Positions 27,563 to 36,312 of a DNA stretch of 64,000 nucleotides are shown piece after piece. The translations under genes and the position numbers were made by a program. The notes under the pieces are model-generated. The model was not told where the DNA came from and searched no databases. It was given only the letters and a program-made list of their open reading frames with translations. Source of the DNA: a virus. The stretch is from the IMG/VR virus record IMGVR_UViG_3300045988_146774, positions 107,897 to 171,896 of that record; one strand, written 5' to 3'. Position 1 is the first letter of the stretch, and every line of letters begins with the position of its first letter.

Positions 27563-27982
27563 CTATTTTTTTAAATCTCTTCTGTACATACTTAGCAATC
27601 GAATGACAGTTTCGACTAATGTGTATTCGCCTACTTTTTCATAACAATTGCATTCCAGATCAATTGTTTCTACGTATCCATTTTCGTTCATTGTCGTATA
27701 ATAGTCACAATCTTCGTCATCAATTACAATCATTAACCTATCTTCTTCATCATCTAAAAGGATATCTCCAATGGATGCAGTTTCTACATATTCTTTAGAA
27801 AACACTTCCCAATCAATCGCTGTATAATCCGACATTTCGAATACATTTTCTAATTTCCATTCGCATCCTTTCTCTTTGAAATAAATGTACTCACCTTCAA
27901 TTTTAAAAAATATTCTTGGATCTAGTTTTCTAAAACATATCTTGCCTTTTTGCATAGCTTTAATTGCTTCCGTAAAATTCAT
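27563..27982 (-). CDS. DUF2829-like (Tad2-family-like) N-domain protein with extra C-terminal domain
   Basis: ATG at 27982 lies 9 nt after GGAGG. MNFTEAIKAMQKGKICFRK ... SDYTAIDWEVF mirrors the N- and C-terminal DUF2829 motifs, then about 70 further residues follow. Confidence 0.45.
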   Translation of the reverse strand: MNFTEAIKAMQKGKICFRKLDPRIFFKIEGEYIYFKEKGCEWKLENVFEMSDYTAIDWEVFSKEYVETASIGDILLDDEEDRLMIVIDDEDCDYYTTMNENGYVETIDLECNCYEKVGEYTLVETVIRLLSMYRRDLKK

Positions 27983-28172
27983 AGTTTTCATCCTCCTCTC
28001 TCTTATATTCTCCATCTAACAACTCTTCACAATCAGTCAATGCGTTATCATAATATTCATATGTTCTTCCACTTGGCGATAACCATTTATCTGTCTGTGA
28101 TGATTTATGTACTAAATATGGAGATAATTCGTCTAATGACATTTTTCTTATTCTGTCTATTCTTCTTAACAA
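27960..28172 (-). CDS. hypothetical protein
   Basis: 70 aa. Tiles. Confidence 0.55.
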   Translation of the reverse strand: MLRRIDRIRKMSLDELSPYLVHKSSQTDKWLSPSGRTYEYYDNALTDCEELLDGEYKREEDENYEFYGSN

Positions 28173-28176
28173 TTAC

Positions 28177-28455
28177 TTATTCTCCTATTATTAACCTTTT
28201 CATACACTTGTAAAAACTAATTAAGTATTCATTTTTTATTGAAAAGAATCCTGCACTGGCATAATAACACCAATATATTTTTGTTAATAATTTAATATCA
28301 TCGTCTGAATACCCATAAGCTTTCAACGTTAATTTGCCAATACATCCATCTGTTGATATATTATTTTTTCTCTGGAAATATTCAATTAATTCAAGTTTTT
28401 CATCAACAGATTTCATAATTATGTATTCTCCTTTCTTCTTTCTTTTGATTACCAC
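28177..28455 (-). CDS. hypothetical protein
   Basis: 92 aa. ISTDGCIGKLTLKAYGY is faintly peptidoglycan-binding-like. Confidence 0.55.
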   Translation of the reverse strand: MVIKRKKKGEYIIMKSVDEKLELIEYFQRKNNISTDGCIGKLTLKAYGYSDDDIKLLTKIYWCYYASAGFFSIKNEYLISFYKCMKRLIIGE

Positions 28456-28495
28456 ACAGAGTTTTGACGCTCTGCATGATTGGAATTATTTTTAA

Positions 28496-29362
28496 TTATT
28501 TGTTATCAGTGACAACAGTGCTCGCTCCGGTGGTCGTCACCCATCCGAACTTAAGTCTTGCTTCTGCTTCTTTCATACGAATAAGTTCATCTGTAATAGA
28601 TGAAGAAATGACTCTATTTGATTCTGCTTCAGCATTAGCTTTTGTAATCTGAATCTGAGCATCTGTCTCTGCCTGAATCTTTTCTGTCTCTTTCTGTACT
28701 TTTACTTTCTGCTGTTCTGCTTCTGCCTGCTGTTTTTCCTGTAACGCAGTTACACGATTATCGATTGCAGTTTTTAATTTATCATCTGGGTGAACATCAA
28801 TAATTGAAGCATCAAGAACCTCAATACCGTATTTTTTAGTAAAATCTTTATTCAAATATTTTGTAATATCAGAATTAATCTTAGATCTGTTTCCAGAATA
28901 GATATCCATCATGGAATAATCAGTTGTTACTTCCGAAATTTTAGATTTAAGAACCGGCTTAATTCTACTTTCTACAATATCGTCTCCATCCATGCCACGG
29001 AATTTCTTATATGTATTCACTACTGTGTCTGGATTGTATCTATAAGACATCTGAAAACTGATTGCAATACTTGCATCATCCGATGTAGCAACTTTGAAAG
29101 AATCATCATTCTCGCTACCTTCACGTTTATCCTTTGACATTACAAGAATCTCATTACTTGTTGAAAATTCTTTTACTTTTTTAAGTGGCGAAATAAAATG
29201 AATTCCTGGCTGTAATGTTTCTTTCTGTACTCCATCCTTGTAGTTATATACAATTCCTGTTTTACCAGTTTCAATAAGATCGCAAGATTTCACTCCAAAA
29301 GCTCCGCCTACGACTGCTACCGCTACAATTAACCCAACTAATCCTTTTTTTCCTTTTTTCAT
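28496..29362 (-). CDS. SPFH / band-7 (prohibitin-stomatin family) membrane protein
   Basis: 288 aa. N-terminal TM LVGLIVAVAVVGGAF, SPFH core GIVYNYKDGVQKETLQPGIHFISPL.., Q/E/A-rich coiled coil QEKQQAEAEQQKVKVQKETEKIQAE. Confidence 0.75.
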   Translation of the reverse strand: MKKGKKGLVGLIVAVAVVGGAFGVKSCDLIETGKTGIVYNYKDGVQKETLQPGIHFISPLKKVKEFSTSNEILVMSKDKREGSENDDSFKVATSDDASIAISFQMSYRYNPDTVVNTYKKFRGMDGDDIVESRIKPVLKSKISEVTTDYSMMDIYSGNRSKINSDITKYLNKDFTKKYGIEVLDASIIDVHPDDKLKTAIDNRVTALQEKQQAEAEQQKVKVQKETEKIQAETDAQIQITKANAEAESNRVISSSITDELIRMKEAEARLKFGWVTTTGASTVVTDNK

Positions 29363-29367
29363 ATAAG

Positions 29368-29520
29368 TTATTCTTCTCCTCGTTTCATTTCTTCCTCTGC
29401 TTCTTTGTTATCTTTGAGCATTTTCAGTCTAATCTTATTTGCAATCATCATTGATACACTACCAACAATTGTCACAATCAAAACTGCTAGAACTGCCCAT
29501 CCTAAAAAGATTACCCACAT
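29368..29520 (-). CDS. single-pass micro-membrane protein (50 aa) coupled to the SPFH gene
   Basis: Hand translation MWVIFLGWAVLAVLIVTIVGSVSMMIANKIRLKMLKDNKEAEEEMKRGEE. Its TAA lies 5 nt before the SPFH ATG. AAGGA upstream. Confidence 0.5.
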   Translation of the reverse strand: MWVIFLGWAVLAVLIVTIVGSVSMMIANKIRLKMLKDNKEAEEEMKRGEE

Positions 29521-29609
29521 ATATATTCTTCACATCCTTTCTATTTGTTTTAGATCATCTATAACAAAGATGAGTCAAAAATAATAATGACCATCTTAGC
29601 CATACTTAT

Positions 29610-29975
29610 TTATTCTCCATCTATAACCACATTTATCGGATATAAACGGTCTTTACAATACTCAATAAACATATCTGATGGCGCATAATGTCTTAGTTCT
29701 TCGAATGTCATATTGCCATTTATATAATAATATGAATCAAAATTTGGGTCTTTTTTATTTAATATTCTCGGGAAATGTATAACATTATAACAATCATCCC
29801 ATAAAGATACTGCGTCCTCATGAATACTATCGTAAATATTGATTGCTTCTTGGTCGCTCGATGCGAAAATAAATTCTGATTTTCCTAATATTTCATCTCT
29901 TGCTTTAAGAAATGGCAGTAATGCATTTCTTGTATTAAACGATAGTGCAAGCTGAACTCTATAAATTTTCTTCAT
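29610..29975 (-). CDS. hypothetical protein
   Basis: ATG at 29975 lies 9 nt after GGAG. The track start (29990) is a TTG inside the SD. Confidence 0.6.
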   Translation of the reverse strand: MKKIYRVQLALSFNTRNALLPFLKARDEILGKSEFIFASSDQEAINIYDSIHEDAVSLWDDCYNVIHFPRILNKKDPNFDSYYYINGNMTFEELRHYAPSDMFIEYCKDRLYPINVVIDGE

Positions 29976-30102
29976 TCTTGTATTCTCCAAATCTCTAACA
30001 AGCTGTCATTGTTTTCTTCTAAATGTTATAAAATTATTTATTATTTGCTATCTGCTACAACAATGTTTGCTCCCTGTGTAGTCACCTCTCGGTCGCATTT
30101 AT

Positions 30103-30321
30103 TTATTCTCCATTCTTATAACGAATCACAATAACGGCTATGTCTTCATTTGGATATGAAATATTCAAAATTTTTCCATTAACTGTTTCACAAGCTTTTG
30201 TTACCCTTTCTACGAATTCAATAAAATCTTCTTTAACCGTTACATAATCGTGAAACCCCATTGTGCCTTCATCTCTTTTATAGCTTTTTCTCTTTGCTAC
30301 AAATTGTTTTATTTCTTTCAT
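30103..30321 (-). CDS. hypothetical protein
   Basis: 72 aa. GAGAGGAG SD. Preceded by the hairpin at 30338-30355. Confidence 0.6.
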   Translation of the reverse strand: MKEIKQFVAKRKSYKRDEGTMGFHDYVTVKEDFIEFVERVTKACETVNGKILNISYPNEDIAVIVIRYKNGE

Positions 30322-30337
30322 TTATACTCCTCTCATT

Positions 30338-30355
30338 ATGAAATCCCGATTTCAT
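30338..30355. promoter_or_regulatory. ATGAAAT-cccg-ATTTCAT hairpin (family member E)
   Basis: 7-bp perfect stem with a tetraloop, 16 nt upstream (minus strand) of the start at 30321. Same arm sequence as the hairpin at 50739-50768. Confidence 0.5.
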
Positions 30356-30503
30356 TTTGTCTCTATACAGCCTGTTTATTTGCACCAAATCGTACCATTT
30401 TCATCCTGAATCTAACCAGCTCTCTTAATTGTATGTCTGGATTTACAATATCCAAAATAAGGTCGTTTTATTGCGCTTAAACCATCTGTATAGACAAGAA
30501 TAT

Positions 30504-31394
30504 TTACCTCGCTCTATCACATTCGTTGAAGTTCATAAGTAATTCATACTTATATTCTCCGAACCTTTTCTTCCAACGTTCCTTAATTTTTTCACTTGTC
30601 CATTGGAATGGCATCATATGATAGTTAATTAAAAAACAAACATCCATTACATCTTTACAATATAATTCAGCCATGTTTTCTAACACCAAATACGAGCCAA
30701 TAGAATCATGAGAATAAAAATGTGCCACACAGTTTTCATCAACCGTCTTACAGAATAACTTTCCATAATCATGTAATAATGCAGCAATATTGAACTTTGT
30801 TTGATATCCAAATCTGCAAAATAATTCATATGTATTTTTGCAATGATTATCTAATGTCATAGTATGATGTGGATTCTGTTGGTCATAATCTTCCATCTGA
30901 TCAAACATGTTAATCTCATTTAATCTATTCTCTTTATGGAATGTATAAATTGTGTATTGGTCGAAACCTTCTTCTGCGAATGGTACTTGAAATTTTCTAA
31001 TCTGTTTATCTAACACCCATTCAGGAACAGGATGCTCTCTAAGTAAATTATCTTTCTTACATCGCTCAAATGGTTTTGGAATTACATAAGCAATCTTGCA
31101 TACATCCAAGCCATTAATTTTCATCATAATTGCTCTACGTGCTTTCATTGTAATGTTCGTCGCATCAGCAATTACATTATGTTTATTCTCTAATCCTTTA
31201 CGGATTCTATTATGAAAGATCTTAAACACTTCTTCGTTTTTAGATTGGTCTTCTACTTTTCCGGTTAATTCTTCCCTAATTGCATCTGAAGATACTATAA
31301 TAGTATTCTCTTCTGTTTCTGCAATTTCTTTTGCAATAGTTGACTTGCCACTTCCTGATAAGCCTACCATAATATAAAGCTTTGGCTTATTCAT
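30504..31394 (-). CDS. polynucleotide kinase (P-loop) - HD phosphohydrolase fusion, RNA end-healing candidate
   Basis: ATG 31394 (ATGAATAA overlap with the ligase stop). N-terminus GLSGSGKST plus SSD..R kinase-like. C-terminus HD motifs LLHDYGK, HDSIG. Confidence 0.7.
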   Translation of the reverse strand: MNKPKLYIMVGLSGSGKSTIAKEIAETEENTIIVSSDAIREELTGKVEDQSKNEEVFKIFHNRIRKGLENKHNVIADATNITMKARRAIMMKINGLDVCKIAYVIPKPFERCKKDNLLREHPVPEWVLDKQIRKFQVPFAEEGFDQYTIYTFHKENRLNEINMFDQMEDYDQQNPHHTMTLDNHCKNTYELFCRFGYQTKFNIAALLHDYGKLFCKTVDENCVAHFYSHDSIGSYLVLENMAELYCKDVMDVCFLINYHMMPFQWTSEKIKERWKKRFGEYKYELLMNFNECDRAR

Positions 31395-32712
31395 CGTCTT
31401 CCTCCTGTGTAAATACACTAGAATAATTATCTATTCCCATATCTTTCAACCTTTTATAATGTGGAGCTTTTTTATTTCCGCTTTTAATCACATTGATTTT
31501 ATTTCCAAAATATAATGACCTACAATACCCTTGATATTCTTTTGGAACATTATCAGCTACCCAAATCATAAAAGCCTTTTTATTATCTAATGGGGCTTTA
31601 CTATAATATTCTCTAACTTGTTTCTCGGTTTTTTTGATATAATCTGTCACAATAGCAGCCACTCTTTTTACATTGTCGTGGTAAGCAATAGGAAGCTTTG
31701 AAAGTAAATCATCATATTTATCATCAGCAATAGAACGAATAATCAAATTAATAGAAGAAAGTTTAGATAACGCTTTATGTATATGCACATAATCGTTATA
31801 TTTCACCTTTGCTTTATAACCATCAATATTGATTACAAATCCTTCCGCTTCATCTGACGATTTATCATCCAACTCATTCATAACTTGATCCAATGTTTTA
31901 TCAAAAATATTCGTTGTTGGAATTCCATATATATTTGCTATTGTTATTACTGTATGATATGGTAATTCATTTCCAGTTTTATTAATCCTCATTCCAATTA
32001 AATATAATCCTTCTTGCTCTTTTTTATATTTAACTACATGAGCATCTTTTAGTGAAATATATTCAAATATAAAAGTAATACCAATGTGTTCTTTCAGCAT
32101 TTTTTCATAACCTGGCAATTTCATAATCATTCTATATCCGTCTTGCAATCTCCAAGAATTTTCAGGATTAATTGCTTGACTTCCAGCCATAATAATTTTG
32201 TTATCATACCATGTTGCTGACTGCATTGAACCATCTAACTTATTTGAGAATTCAATTGTGTATGCCTTTTCAATTCTGCTTTTTATATTCTCTAAACTTG
32301 TTTCTTCAAGTTCGTTAATATTAAAAAATTTACGAAATGGACATAACACAATACTATCTTTGAAAATATCAATTACAATACTTCTACATTCTCTGTAAAA
32401 CCCATTATATCTTTCCCACAAATCCTCCCCGGAGTTTTCTATTTCTCCGTCATAGATATTGCTATATCTACCATATCTTAAAAGAAGAAAATTCTTATAT
32501 TGATTAAGTTCTAAACAAGAAAGTAAATCTTTGTATTCAAAATATTTGTCGGAAAATTCGATGTTAGATAATTCTTCCACCCATCTTTCTAAACAAGTTT
32601 GTGATTCGTCCGTATAACCCTCTTTATAATCATACGTAACTATTCCGAATCTTTTTTTATATTCATTTTTTATTTCTATAAATTTATTTAATACAGGATT
32701 CCAACTTATCAT
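31387..32712 (-). CDS. ATP-dependent RNA ligase (Rnl-type nucleotidyltransferase)
   Basis: 441 aa. Motif I KxDG in FSNKLDGS, motif IV EGFVI, motif V KAKVK. Coupled to the kinase-HD gene. Confidence 0.7.
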   Translation of the reverse strand: MISWNPVLNKFIEIKNEYKKRFGIVTYDYKEGYTDESQTCLERWVEELSNIEFSDKYFEYKDLLSCLELNQYKNFLLLRYGRYSNIYDGEIENSGEDLWERYNGFYRECRSIVIDIFKDSIVLCPFRKFFNINELEETSLENIKSRIEKAYTIEFSNKLDGSMQSATWYDNKIIMAGSQAINPENSWRLQDGYRMIMKLPGYEKMLKEHIGITFIFEYISLKDAHVVKYKKEQEGLYLIGMRINKTGNELPYHTVITIANIYGIPTTNIFDKTLDQVMNELDDKSSDEAEGFVINIDGYKAKVKYNDYVHIHKALSKLSSINLIIRSIADDKYDDLLSKLPIAYHDNVKRVAAIVTDYIKKTEKQVREYYSKAPLDNKKAFMIWVADNVPKEYQGYCRSLYFGNKINVIKSGNKKAPHYKRLKDMGIDNYSSVFTQEEDDE

Positions 32713-33236
32713 GAGAAATCACCTCTTGTAAAATCATAACCATCCTTATCATGGAAGTATAATGGTTCTCTACTTTCATCTATCCATCTTTTCTCATTGT
32801 AAGGATCTAATTTATGATACTCTACATGGTCATATGGCATTTTAATATCATAATCATCTTCAGTAGATTCAGTAAAATAATCTTTCCCACCAAAGATTTC
32901 ATTGTAGTTTCCTTCAGGAACATACTTCATATAACGTACAGGCTGTTCGTTTCTCCAATTAATAAGCTCTTCTTTTAATTCATCGATAGAAAACTTCTCA
33001 TTATATTCATCAAAGATTTCAATATCAATCTTATGAAATTCTAAGAATTTAAGCATATCGTCCACTGATTTATAAGCATTTTCATGCCACTCAAATAAAG
33101 GTTTCCATCCACAGCTTCGCTTTCCTATATGTACTTCATATCCAAAATAAGGTAAATCTGTAAGCTCATATTCATTGTCAAAATACTTTGTTACAAGCTC
33201 CTTATCTTTCATTATCATGTAATAATTTGTTCCCAC
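32709..33236 (-). CDS. hypothetical protein (4-nt overlap with RNA ligase start)
   Basis: 175 aa. GTNYYM..HIGKRSCGWKPLF motif. No function recognised. Confidence 0.65.
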   Translation of the reverse strand: MGTNYYMIMKDKELVTKYFDNEYELTDLPYFGYEVHIGKRSCGWKPLFEWHENAYKSVDDMLKFLEFHKIDIEIFDEYNEKFSIDELKEELINWRNEQPVRYMKYVPEGNYNEIFGGKDYFTESTEDDYDIKMPYDHVEYHKLDPYNEKRWIDESREPLYFHDKDGYDFTRGDFS

Positions 33237-33262
33237 ATCACCACCTCCTACCTCTATATTCT

Positions 33263-33985
33263 CTAAACATTATCCCAATGTTTATCCATCTTTTCTAAAT
33301 TTACTTTATATATAATTTCTTTTTCATCATACAAATTATATTCTGTTCTATTCATTAATTCTTCGAATTCTCCTTCGGTGTTTTCAAAATAAATAGACTC
33401 ATATTCATCCAGTAAAGTAGACCATTCATACTTTTCTTTTTTATCTAACTTCTGGAAGCTTTTATCCAATTCCCAAAATCTAAAATATTTTTTGAGTTCA
33501 TTTTCTGAATAAGTGCAACAACATTCTCCAAAAATATAAAAGGAAACGAATTTTTTAAGCACACCAATCTTATGCAATGTCTCTAACTCTTCTACTTTTA
33601 ATCCGGCAATTGCTCCACTCTTAATACGATCTCCATTAATCACACATCTATAATTATCAGCCAACGCTCTATCGATTCTTTTCTTGTCTTCATCTGGGAT
33701 ATCAAGCTGATTAATGTCAGAGAAATACACAGCTCTCTTCAATTCTGGATACTTTTCTTCACGTTTTCTTTTAAGAATTTCTTCAAATTTAGATTCTTGT
33801 GGAAGTTCAATTCTATATTTAACTCTGTCCCACAGCCATTTAAACTTTTCATAAGACATGTTCTCCACTTCTTCCGGAGTCAATTTCTCCTCAAGAAGTC
33901 TAATTTCATTATCAAGATTATGGATATCTTTTTTCAAATCTTCCATCTTATAGAGTTTGTCCATCAAAATATTTAATGTTCCCAT
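33263..33985 (-). CDS. hypothetical protein
   Basis: 240 aa. First gene after intergenic module A. Confidence 0.65.
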   Translation of the reverse strand: MGTLNILMDKLYKMEDLKKDIHNLDNEIRLLEEKLTPEEVENMSYEKFKWLWDRVKYRIELPQESKFEEILKRKREEKYPELKRAVYFSDINQLDIPDEDKKRIDRALADNYRCVINGDRIKSGAIAGLKVEELETLHKIGVLKKFVSFYIFGECCCTYSENELKKYFRFWELDKSFQKLDKKEKYEWSTLLDEYESIYFENTEGEFEELMNRTEYNLYDEKEIIYKVNLEKMDKHWDNV

Positions 33986-34043
33986 TTATTTCACCACCTA
34001 ACCAGTTATATTTTTGTCATTTGTATCATCGCACTTATCACAT

Positions 34044-34116
34044 ACTATATATTGTGTTTATTATCATTTAAACAACAATATATAGTTATAATTTTCGAAT
34101 GAAACTCATATTTCAT
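34044..34116. promoter_or_regulatory. intergenic module A: ACTATATATTGT / ACAATATATAGT inverted repeat + ATGAAA..TTTCAT hairpin
   Basis: 12-nt perfect inverted repeat at 34044-34055 / 34075-34086. Hairpin arms at 34099-34104 / 34111-34116. Confidence 0.6.
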
Positions 34117-34123
34117 CACCCTT

Positions 34124-34528
34124 TTAAATCCATAAATGTCGGAACCATTTTGCAAATAATTGCAGTCCTTCACTAATTACAGCTTGTCTTCTCTTTCCTT
34201 CAGCAAGACACGAATTTCTAATTTTGGTTACATATTCGTCATCATACTTAGATTCAGCCCTTATATAATTATATTTAGGATCATCTAACCACCAATCATC
34301 CTGGCTAACCACATATTCAAAAGCAAGAATCATCTTATCTAAAGCTTCATCCCATTTTTCAGGTGTATCCATTTCTTCTATGCCGGGATAGCCAATATTT
34401 TCTTTCTTAAATCTTTTAAGTCTTGGAAGAACAAAATTTGCAATAGTGATATCAAGGCTCCACAAATCACTATATGGAACATACTTGCCATGTTTCTTCA
34501 ACCATTTCTTTCGTTGACGTTTTCTCAT
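34124..34528 (-). CDS. hypothetical protein
   Basis: 134 aa. Basic N-terminus MRKRQRKKWLKKHGK. Confidence 0.65.
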   Translation of the reverse strand: MRKRQRKKWLKKHGKYVPYSDLWSLDITIANFVLPRLKRFKKENIGYPGIEEMDTPEKWDEALDKMILAFEYVVSQDDWWLDDPKYNYIRAESKYDDEYVTKIRNSCLAEGKRRQAVISEGLQLFAKWFRHLWI

Positions 34529-34541
34529 AGTTATATTCTCC

Positions 34542-34985
34542 TTATTTTAGTTCTCTGAATATAAATTTCTCTCCACATTTTCCGCACTTTATAGTTCCAA
34601 TAGTACCAATAGAACATGGAATAAACTCAAATGTATAACGACCGCCAATTGCTCCGCCAATTCTTTCATTACATTCAATCAGACCGTGAACTTCTCTATC
34701 ATGCTTTTCTTTCCAAGTTTCAATAGCTTTCCATTCATCGTCTGTGATTGGGAATCCTCTATTATATTCTCGCTGCATTTTTGCTAATTCAGCTTTCATT
34801 TTTTGAAGTTTCTTGTCTTTATACTGAGAATCTGTAAGCTCTTTGATTTGATTCCGCAAGTTATTAATTGTTCTATTTTTGTCGTCGAATCTATATTGAA
34901 GCATTTTCATACACTTATCTACCGGTTCTACTTCTACGTATTTTCCATCAATAAATGTTCCATAGCTTAATTTATCTAAATCCAT
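34542..34985 (-). CDS. hypothetical protein with C-terminal Cys pair
   Basis: 147 aa. ..IKCGKCGEKF. Confidence 0.65.
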   Translation of the reverse strand: MDLDKLSYGTFIDGKYVEVEPVDKCMKMLQYRFDDKNRTINNLRNQIKELTDSQYKDKKLQKMKAELAKMQREYNRGFPITDDEWKAIETWKEKHDREVHGLIECNERIGGAIGGRYTFEFIPCSIGTIGTIKCGKCGEKFIFRELK

Positions 34986-35009
34986 ACTGTTTTCACCTCA
35001 ATTCTCGAA

Positions 35010-35390
35010 TTATCTAAACACATCAAAAATGATTAATTTATAATCCGGTGCAAATTTATCTTCATCTTCAATTACGCCAATTTCTTGCAGTCTTGAAAAT
35101 TTTTCTAATACTTCCTCTTCTATTTCATCGAAATTACGGTCTTCTTCCTCGTCAAAATTATGAATTGAATATTGAATTGAATCTATATGTTCATATTCTC
35201 CAGACACAGCAAAAATATATCCAAGAAACAACTTATCTTCGTAATCGTCAAACAACTGAATTTCTCTGTTAACTTGATTACAAGTATAATCTTCCCATTC
35301 TTTAGACCATTTCCATTCATCATATTTTTCTGTTTCATGATTTGTAAGGTCATATCCTAAAATTACATATGTCGATTTTTCCATACTCAT
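35010..35390 (-). CDS. acidic hypothetical protein
   Basis: 126 aa. D/E-rich. Confidence 0.65.
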   Translation of the reverse strand: MSMEKSTYVILGYDLTNHETEKYDEWKWSKEWEDYTCNQVNREIQLFDDYEDKLFLGYIFAVSGEYEHIDSIQYSIHNFDEEEDRNFDEIEEEVLEKFSRLQEIGVIEDEDKFAPDYKLIIFDVFR

Positions 35391-35436
35391 ATTTTTTCAC
35401 CTCTCTTGTATATTCTCTGAATGAAATGTTTCTTTC

Positions 35437-36312
35437 TTACGAATTAAAATATTTCACAATTTGATTACCAATCCATCTTCCCATAGGAACGGCAACGGCA
35501 TTTCCAATCTGTCTATATGCATCATTCTTTGTCCCACAGAATTCAAACCAATCAGGGAACCCTTGTAATCTCGCATACTCTCTAACTGTATATGGTCTTA
35601 TTCTCTTTCCGTCTTTTACAAGCCTTGTTCCTTTATCTTTTGCATAATGTGCTACACAAGTCGGAGATAAATCATCCATATCAGGATCAGATATAATCGG
35701 TTTATCTCTGTATTTACCATTAATTTTGTTATATACATATTGAGGGATATCTACTTCAGCATCTTTCTCAATAATATCTTTTAATCTTAATGGTTTCTCG
35801 TCTGGATAATCAAAATTAGTAAACGGTTTCTTACTACCAATCAAAATTAATCTTTTTCTTTCTTGTGGCAACCACATATTAGCATTTACAGGACATTCAA
35901 TTCGTACATAATAATCCGGAAGTTTTGTTAACGCTTCCATTACCACTTTGAACTTCAACATACCTGGTACGTTCTCTACAACATACATTTCAGGTTGAGC
36001 CAAAGCAATATGTCTAAAGAAATGTAAGAAAAGATCATCCCCAGTTCTTGTTCCACTAATATCTGCTGCCGTAGAATATTTTGTACATGGAAAAGTTCCA
36101 ATATAAACATCTGCGTCTTGCTGATCCAGCACGGTTATTTTTGTAATATCAGCTTCATTTACTTTATGATTAAAATTTTTTCTTAGTGTTTCACAACACT
36201 TTTTATCAATCTCATATGATTCCAAAATATTGATACCAGCTTCTTGAATTCCAAGATCCATTCCACCAGCACCACTAAAATAACTTTTAGCTGTTATTTC
36301 CATATTCTCCAA
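35437..36312 (-). CDS. dcm: DNA (cytosine-5)-methyltransferase
   Basis: 291 aa. Motif I FSGAGGMDLG, motif IV GTFPCTKYS, motif VI VVENVPG, motif X RQIGNAVAVP. Confidence 0.9.
   Translation of the reverse strand: MENMEITAKSYFSGAGGMDLGIQEAGINILESYEIDKKCCETLRKNFNHKVNEADITKITVLDQQDADVYIGTFPCTKYSTAADISGTRTGDDLFLHFFRHIALAQPEMYVVENVPGMLKFKVVMEALTKLPDYYVRIECPVNANMWLPQERKRLILIGSKKPFTNFDYPDEKPLRLKDIIEKDAEVDIPQYVYNKINGKYRDKPIISDPDMDDLSPTCVAHYAKDKGTRLVKDGKRIRPYTVREYARLQGFPDWFEFCGTKNDAYRQIGNAVAVPMGRWIGNQIVKYFNS

Noticed and set aside
28177-28455. Peptidoglycan-binding / lysis function for the 92-aa protein
   Set aside because: The resemblance is limited to one short DGxxGxxT-like stretch. There is no catalytic domain or holin/endolysin context.
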